This document shows, in pieces, positions 57,394-64,000 of a DNA stretch of 64,000 nucleotides. A program made the translations under genes and the position numbers. The notes beneath the pieces were generated by a model. That model did not search any database and was not told where the DNA came from. It saw only the letters and a program-made list of their open reading frames with translations. Position 1 is the stretch's first letter. The number at the start of each line of letters is the position of its first letter. The DNA comes from the human T2T-CHM13v2.0 reference genome, Homo sapiens: NCBI RefSeq assembly GCF_009914755.1, contig NC_060941.1, one strand, 5' to 3'.

Positions 57394-58099
57394 GTATGAC
57401 CCTCCCAGGGTACACTGTTCAGGGAGCCATGTTCTGAGTATGTCAGAACCTCAATGCCTAGAAGCAAACTCTGATCCCTTCAGGTCTCAAATTTTATAAG
57501 ATAGATGAGAGTAATGAAAATATGATTCCTCCTCTTGAGGATTTCAAAAACACCAAGATAGTTTTGAAAATGTCGCTTGAATTTTTCAGTTCCTGAAAAG
57601 AGACTGACTTTTACACCTTGACATAGATTAGAGTTCCATGTAAAAATTCAAGTTAGAAAGAACCCCTCATCCATGATATTTCCTCTGATTCTGAACTTTA
57701 TGTTAGTAGATTTTTGTTCAACTAATTTTCATAATGCTGTCTTTCAAATTACAAGTGGCAAGAACAATAATTACATAGTCAATCTATTGTACATCACTGC
57801 ATAGAAAATTCCATATAGCTCAAGACAGAACTATCTTCAGTTTTAGACTAAAATCCTGATTATCTACCTCAGTGTTAAAACAGGGATTGCAAAAATAAAA
57901 TAAAATAAACAAAAGCCACAGGTAAGCTGCAATGTCACAGCAGGCATTAATTTCCATATTCTTCCATGCTAGTTATCTCCCTAGAGTTATTTTGAGGATA
58001 TCACAATGATTTTCATTACATATGCTTAAATGTCTTATGCTTTTTTTATGTTGGCTTCATCATCTTCATAACTTGTAAACAAGGACCATGTCAGTCACT

Positions 58100-58315
58100 A
58101 TGAAGTACAGCATAATGATTAAGAGCTTGGGCTTTCTCCAAAAAAGAAGAACCTGAATTAACTTGGGCAAGTCATTTAACCTCTTGGAGCATCAAGAATG
58201 GTAATACTAACAATGCATTAGTTCGTGAGAGAACTAAATGAGATAGTTATTTAAAAGCACCAGCATAGTACTTGGCACAGAGCAAGGACTTATAAATGTG
58301 AGTTATTAGTATAAA
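58100..58315 (+). mobile_element. MIR
   Basis: CTTGGGCAAGTCATTTAACCTCT..TAAATGAGATA..CTTGGCACAGAG. Confidence 0.8.
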
Positions 58316-59089
58316 TATGTCCTCTTCCACAAATAGTTGTATGCTAAGCACTCAATAGAAACTCGATATAATAGTGATAATTTGTAACATGAAGGAGAGA
58401 CAATCACCACAAATTGGACTATATTCCAGGGTAATTCTGGGAGTCTAAAATTATTTATCTTTTTAGTACTTTTTGTAAAAACTGTCTTTATTGTTACCCA
58501 ATTCTTTCCCTGCCTCTCTTATTCTCCTGTTTTATATTTTGCCCAAGGCATCATTTAGTGTTCCAAAATATTAGACTATTATAGGTACTCAGAAGCCCCA
58601 GGAGAAACGGAATACATTTACAGACCCATAAACATCTAAATTAGTGCTATAAATGGGAAATATAGTCTATAGTTGGAGAGTGCCCAATCCATAATATGTT
58701 GTGGCATAGAAGAAACTTCCTTTTTGGTGGCTGGAAAATCTATTTGCTCTAAGTATTCAATTTTAAAATGGATAATAAAAATAAATAATAGGCATGCTTC
58801 TGCTTAAATTGTAACTTTCATGGGAGATCTCAAAGAGTTTTTCAACTGTTAATTTATGACTCCTGGGGAAAGGTAGGTGGCAAGTAAAATATTTCTTCTT
58901 CAAATGGAGAAACAGACATAGAAAGGCCTGGGTGACTTGTCTAAGAATACAAGGCATGCTCCAGCTTTATGCAAACCAGAAAAGAAAATGTGGAGATACG
59001 CTCTTTAAATGATGAAATCTGTATTATGTGCTGATAAAACCTAAGATAAATGCTGACATAGGTTGTACAATTATCATATACCTAACATT

Positions 59090-59560
59090 TGTCTATCAGT
59101 TGTCTATTCCTGCAAACTACCACAAAAACCTAATGGCACATAATGGTATTTATTCTTGCTCATGTATCTGCAGATGGGATGGGAGTTAATCATATAGGCC
59201 AAGCTCAAGGCCAAGCTCACCTGGGCAGCCCAGGATTCAGATTGAATCCAGATATGCTCCATGTGCCTTTCACTCTACATAGACCAGAGGTCTGGCCAAG
59301 GCATGGTCATTTCACAGCAATAGAAGAGCAAGAAAGCAAACTCCAACTATGCAAGTGAGCTGTGTCACTTCTACTGATCCTATTGGCCAAAACAAGTCAA
59401 TGACTAAGAACACATTGAGAGTCACAAGTATATTTTACCTACTAAGAAGACAAAAAGTCCCATGGTCATACCCAAAATCAACTTCCTTGGAAGTGCACCC
59501 TCCCCATGGAGGTAAGAGAAGAGAGTGAATACTTGTAAACAAGAATCTAATTTATTGTAA
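59090..59560 (-). mobile_element. Old MLT1 LTR
   Basis: AAACTACCACAAAA..TATTTATTCTTGCTCATGTATCTGCAG..ATTGGCCAAAACAAGTCA. Confidence 0.65.
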
Positions 59561-59799
59561 ACAGCACCTTATTATTACTAATATTTCAGACATTTTTTCA
59601 TGTGCTAATCTTGAAACTGTGGCTGCTTCTCATGCTTCTGTAACTCTGACTCAACCACTGGTTTCATCCTGGCCTAGAAGGTACTCTCTGAATATTAGTG
59701 TATTATTCACATGTATTAGTTAACTACAGCATTATTCAAAGCTCTTCTTTTTTCACATAAACCAGTCTTTCAGCTGATCTCCCTTTAGAGAACAAAAAC

Positions 59800-60040
59800 A
59801 ATAAATGTAGGCATCATTTATTGAATGCTTACTGTACAACAGATATGTGCTAAACTCTTGACAGATATCATCTGCCTTGGCTTCATTTAACCCTCACAAC
59901 AAGCTAAGGAAGGTATAATCCCTATTTCATAAATTAAGAAACTGAAAATTAGAGAGATGAAGTGATATTACCATGGTTACACAGAAGTTAGTAACATGGC
60001 TGTGATTCAAAACTAATATGTCTGGCTCTCAAAGTCCAAA
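59800..60040 (-). mobile_element. MIR
   Basis: CATTTATTGAATGCTTACT..TCATTTAACCCTCACAAC..GAAACTGA. Confidence 0.8.
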
Positions 60041-60474
60041 TGTGAGACCAAGAAAATGCGGTGAGATGAGGGCTGAGACTGATTCAGTCTACAGTGACAG
60101 CACAGACAGCAAAATTATTACACCTAAATGCAGAGGAAAAAGGAGGTGTGCATAACTGGCTCTAACCACCAGGCCTGCCACTGTCTTGCTGTGTGATCTT
60201 GGGGAAATTACTTACTCACTTAACTTCTGTTTTCTCATCCGTGAAATGAAGATGATATCATTTTTGTTTGGTTGTTGGGATTTTTTTTTTGGAAGGGTCT
60301 TGCTCTGTTGCCCAGACATCAAATACCTCCTTTCACTTATTAGTATCTCCTTGATAATAAAGATACTAATTAAAGTGATTTAAGAGGAAGTCTCCCAACA
60401 GGGACATGATGCTAATTAATTTACATTAAATTGCATATGGTACAATCATGTAAACAACTTGCACTTATGAGTCT

Positions 60475-60609
60475 TTTATTTTTTATTTTTATAGAGATGG
60501 GATCACACTATGTTACCCAGGCTATTCTTAAACTCCTGGCCTCAAGCAGTCCCCTCATGTCAGCCTTCCAAAGTGCTGGGATTACAGGCATGAGCTACTG
60601 CACTTGGCC
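60475..60609 (-). mobile_element. FLAM_C / Alu left monomer
   Basis: Single monomer CTCCTGGCCTCAAGC..CAAAGTGCTGGGATTACAGGCATGAGC. Confidence 0.88.
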
Positions 60610-60765
60610 CAACACTTAAGGGTCTATTCACAGGCACTCTTTAGTCCCTGAGATTCCTAAGGAACCAGGAAAGCCTAACACCTATGAAAGGCTCAGTGCA
60701 ATACCTTTAGCACATTGGTGTCATTGCAGATGAGGTCTTGTTACCTAATGGAGCTGAAGCTTTAG

Positions 60766-61142
60766 TGATATTGTTTGAATTTGTGTCCTCACCCAAATCT
60801 CAGGTTGAATTGTAATCCCCGGTGTTGGAAGAGGGGTCTGGTGGGAGGTGATTGAATCACAGGGGTGGTTCCCCCTTTCTGTTCTTGTAATAGTAAGTTC
60901 TCACAAGATCTGATTATTTAAAATGTGTAGCATCTGCCCCTTTTCTTTCTTCCTCCTGCTTCAGCCATGTAAGACGTGCCTGCTTCCCTTTCACCTTTTG
61001 CCTTGATTGTAAGTTTCCTGAGGCCTCCCCAGCCATGCCTCCTGTACAGCCTGTAGAACCATTGGCCAACTGAACCTCTTTTCTTTATAAATTACCCAGT
61101 CTTAGGTATTTCTTTATAGCAGTGTGAGAACAAACTAATACA
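60766..61142 (+). mobile_element. MSTA solo LTR
   Basis: TGATATTGTTTG..CCTGTACAGCCTG..ACTAATACA; near-TSD TTTAG/CTTAG. Confidence 0.92.
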
Positions 61143-62149
61143 CTTAGAAAACTCAAAAATTCCAAGATGTCACCTGAGGATTCTTTCTGGTTTCTAGCAT
61201 GCCAGTATCTTGGTATAAATCCACACTTCTCTTCAAGTTGTTTTGTGCCACATCTACACCTTTCGCCCAATACTCGATTTGTTTCTCATGTTAGAACAGT
61301 TTGAACACCCATTGAGGATGTGACATTCATTCTCTCTCTCCTCCTTTTCTCTCTCTTTCTCTCTCCTCATATTATACAGGGCCAAAGGGAAGTCAAGGAT
61401 TAGGGCTTCAGCCTCATCTAAATTTTCTACACAGCAATGCAATTTAAGATACTTCATTAAATGCAGTGCCAGTTGTTTTCATCTTAGGCAGCAAATGATA
61501 TGAGAACAGCCCTCTACACATCAAGGCCCCATGGGGTAGGCTATAGACAGCCAGAAAGAAGATCAGCTGTCCCTTTGACACTTTACTTTGAAGTCCAGCT
61601 TTCTCTCCAAGGTAGCTGAGTCCTCTCCACATCACTGCCAACCCCTGCCTCCAGGCTTTATCTAAATCACCCTCCTCTCCAGTTAAATCTGTAGGTTCCT
61701 GTGGGGACGAGTGGCTCCCACTGGCTAAGGCCTATTTCTCCAGGTTATATATGTCAGAGTTTTCCATGCCTTTAACAAGACTCAATTAAAAATTAATCAG
61801 CCCAGCATGGCAATTTGGAGAGGTAATTGTTTCTTTTCCTGACTCCATGGCCATAGGCTAAAAGCATACCCAGTACCTAAATTAATCATCTAATTGGGAT
61901 TTTTCCATACTCCAATGACTCAACCTTCCAGCGATCCCAGCAAAGTGCTGTCCGACCTCAATAATTAATTTGCCTTAGTGTCCACTCTGTGGGTTTCTCC
62001 CCTGCTTTCCCTTCCAATCCCCTTTAGTAAAATAGAAAATAGCCATATAGGCCGTTTACCTGGGCCCTCTCCAATAACCAGGAGGCTTTATCTTCAGAAG
62101 ATAAAATAGCACTTGTGAGGAAATATTGGAAATAGTGGGGCAGGTTCAT

Positions 62150-62650
62150 ATATTCAACATAGTTTGTAATAGAAAAAAATGGTTACTAACTAATGGTAGT
62201 ACTTGATTGGCTAAATAAAGCATAGTATATCCATGCAACACACAGCAATATGGCTTTAAAAAGAAATGAGGAAATGTCATGTATGCAGCTATGGAATGTT
62301 CTCCAGGATATTAAAGGGAAAAAAAAGCAAATCACATAACAATACATGAAATGTTATATTTGCAAAAAAAGGGAAGAAAATATATGTAATGAAACGTATG
62401 TGTGTACAGACATATATAATACACACATATACACATGTATGCATATGCATATATTGATAGAGAAATATAAATATATATAAGTTTGTAATGCACTTAAATC
62501 ACCTCTGGGAGGAGTCACAAGAAGCTATAAAATCATTTGCCTGTGGAAAGATAAACTGGGTGTCAGGAGGGGAATAGAAGAGAAAATTTCATTGTATGTC
62601 ATTCACGTGCCTTTTGAATTGTGAATGTTCTTCCTGTCCAAAACATAAAT
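62150..62650 (+). mobile_element. Old L1M (ME/MC) 3' fragment
   Basis: TTTGTAATAG..GATTGGCTAAATAAA..TATCCATGCAA..AAAAAGAAATGAGG. Confidence 0.7.
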
Positions 62651-62830
62651 ACATTTATATCTTTGATATCATTTAATAATACTTGGTTTATGGTTGAAAA
62701 TTCTTACAAACTTATATACATAACATGAATAGATAGACAAATAGCACATTTAAATAATTTTTAAAAAGAGAAGAGCAGGGAGAAGGAAAATTAGTACTTA
62801 TTGAGCTGTGTGTCAGACCATGTGTACCCG

Positions 62831-63142
<312 letters not shown>

Positions 63143-63369
63143 GTGTATCCGTATTTAACACTCAAAGCAACCCTGCAAGGTGTCTTCATCTCTCCCTTTT
63201 TTTTTTTTTAACAAATGAATATAGTGAACATCCAAAGAAGAAATTAGGCGAATACCAGAAGTGCTTGTGTTGATTCATAGTAGCTAACACACACACATAC
63301 ACCCCTTTATATTTCATTTTGATATAATAAATACATTGTTTACTCTTCCCAAATATAAGATAAATGGCA

Positions 63370-63535
63370 ATCTTTTTATAAGGAACCCACTCTCTCAATA
63401 ACTGCATTAATCCATATATGAGGGCGGAGTATTCATAGCCTAATCACCTTGTAAATGTCCCGCCTCTCAATACTGTTAAAATGGCAATGAAATTTCCAGC
63501 ACTTAGTTTTTGGGGGACACATTCAAGCCACAGCA
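63370..63535 (-). mobile_element. MSTC/D-type LTR 5' fragment
   Basis: CATTAATCCAT..ATGAGGGCGGAG..CCTAATCACC..GGGGGACACATTCAAGCCACAGCA. Confidence 0.75.
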
Positions 63536-63724
63536 AAGGTAATCTCGCTTTTGCTAGTCTCAGTTCAACCTTTAACAAGACAAGCATGTATACCTATGCT
63601 GACAAGCAGCAGGAATGTTGCACTTAGTCTTATCGTGATAACAGAACAATCCTTATAAGTTTCAACAACATCTGCTTACAAACATGTAGGAGGTGAGAAC
63701 AAGTCCAATTTTTATTTTATCTCA

Positions 63725-63852
63725 TTACTTAATGAGTACAATGGACATTATTCAGGTGATGGACACACTTAAAGCCCAGACTTCACCACTATGAAATATG
63801 TCTCTGTGAGGAAATTGCACTTGTACTCCTTAAATTTATACAAATAAAAAAA
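63725..63852 (+). mobile_element. L1MA 3' end fragment
   Basis: GGTGATGGACACACTTAAAGCCCAGACTTCACCACTA..TTGTACTCCTTAAATTTATACAAATAAAAA. Confidence 0.85.
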
Positions 63853-64000
63853 CAGCAATAAATACATAAAGTGTCCTGTAAAATTCAGTGTTCTTGCAGT
63901 TGGTTCACAGGTCCTATCCGAGCATAACAAAATTATTTACACAGCTTGTAACGACCTATTATAGATGGTATTAGAAGAATTCTTCTAATTCTCTGTTAAT

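Overview
Primate (human-like) genomic DNA, roughly 40% GC, CpG-poor and dominated by interspersed repeats. These include about a dozen Alu copies or fragments (J, S, Y), a full-length but dead old L1 (L1PA15/16-like, 16934-23710) interrupted by an AluY, about 17 solo LTRs (THE1/MST/MLT1, MLT2, LTR16, MER39B, MER57/93-like), hAT MITEs (MER20, MER58B, two MER94), many MIR/L2 relics and several tandem repeats. Subfamily names come from remembered consensus sequences, not from a RepeatMasker run. I recognise no known protein-coding gene, tRNA/rRNA or CRISPR array, and I cannot name the locus. Most ORFs in the track are repeat-derived or chance. I see no clear new biological system. The best leads are: (1) a cluster of minus-strand splice sites at 9-12.2 kb in which two candidate exons join in frame into a 109-aa ORF with a strong Kozak context; (2) a CpG-retaining THE1D/MSTA LTR with intact TATA and splice donor that could drive that transcript; (3) a ~190-bp fold-back duplication inside an MSTB LTR, echoed by a small palindromic insertion at the homologous site of a THE1 LTR; (4) compact regulatory motifs (AP-1/E-box/AP-1, NF-kB in a nested LTR, CTCF, nuclear-receptor repeats).
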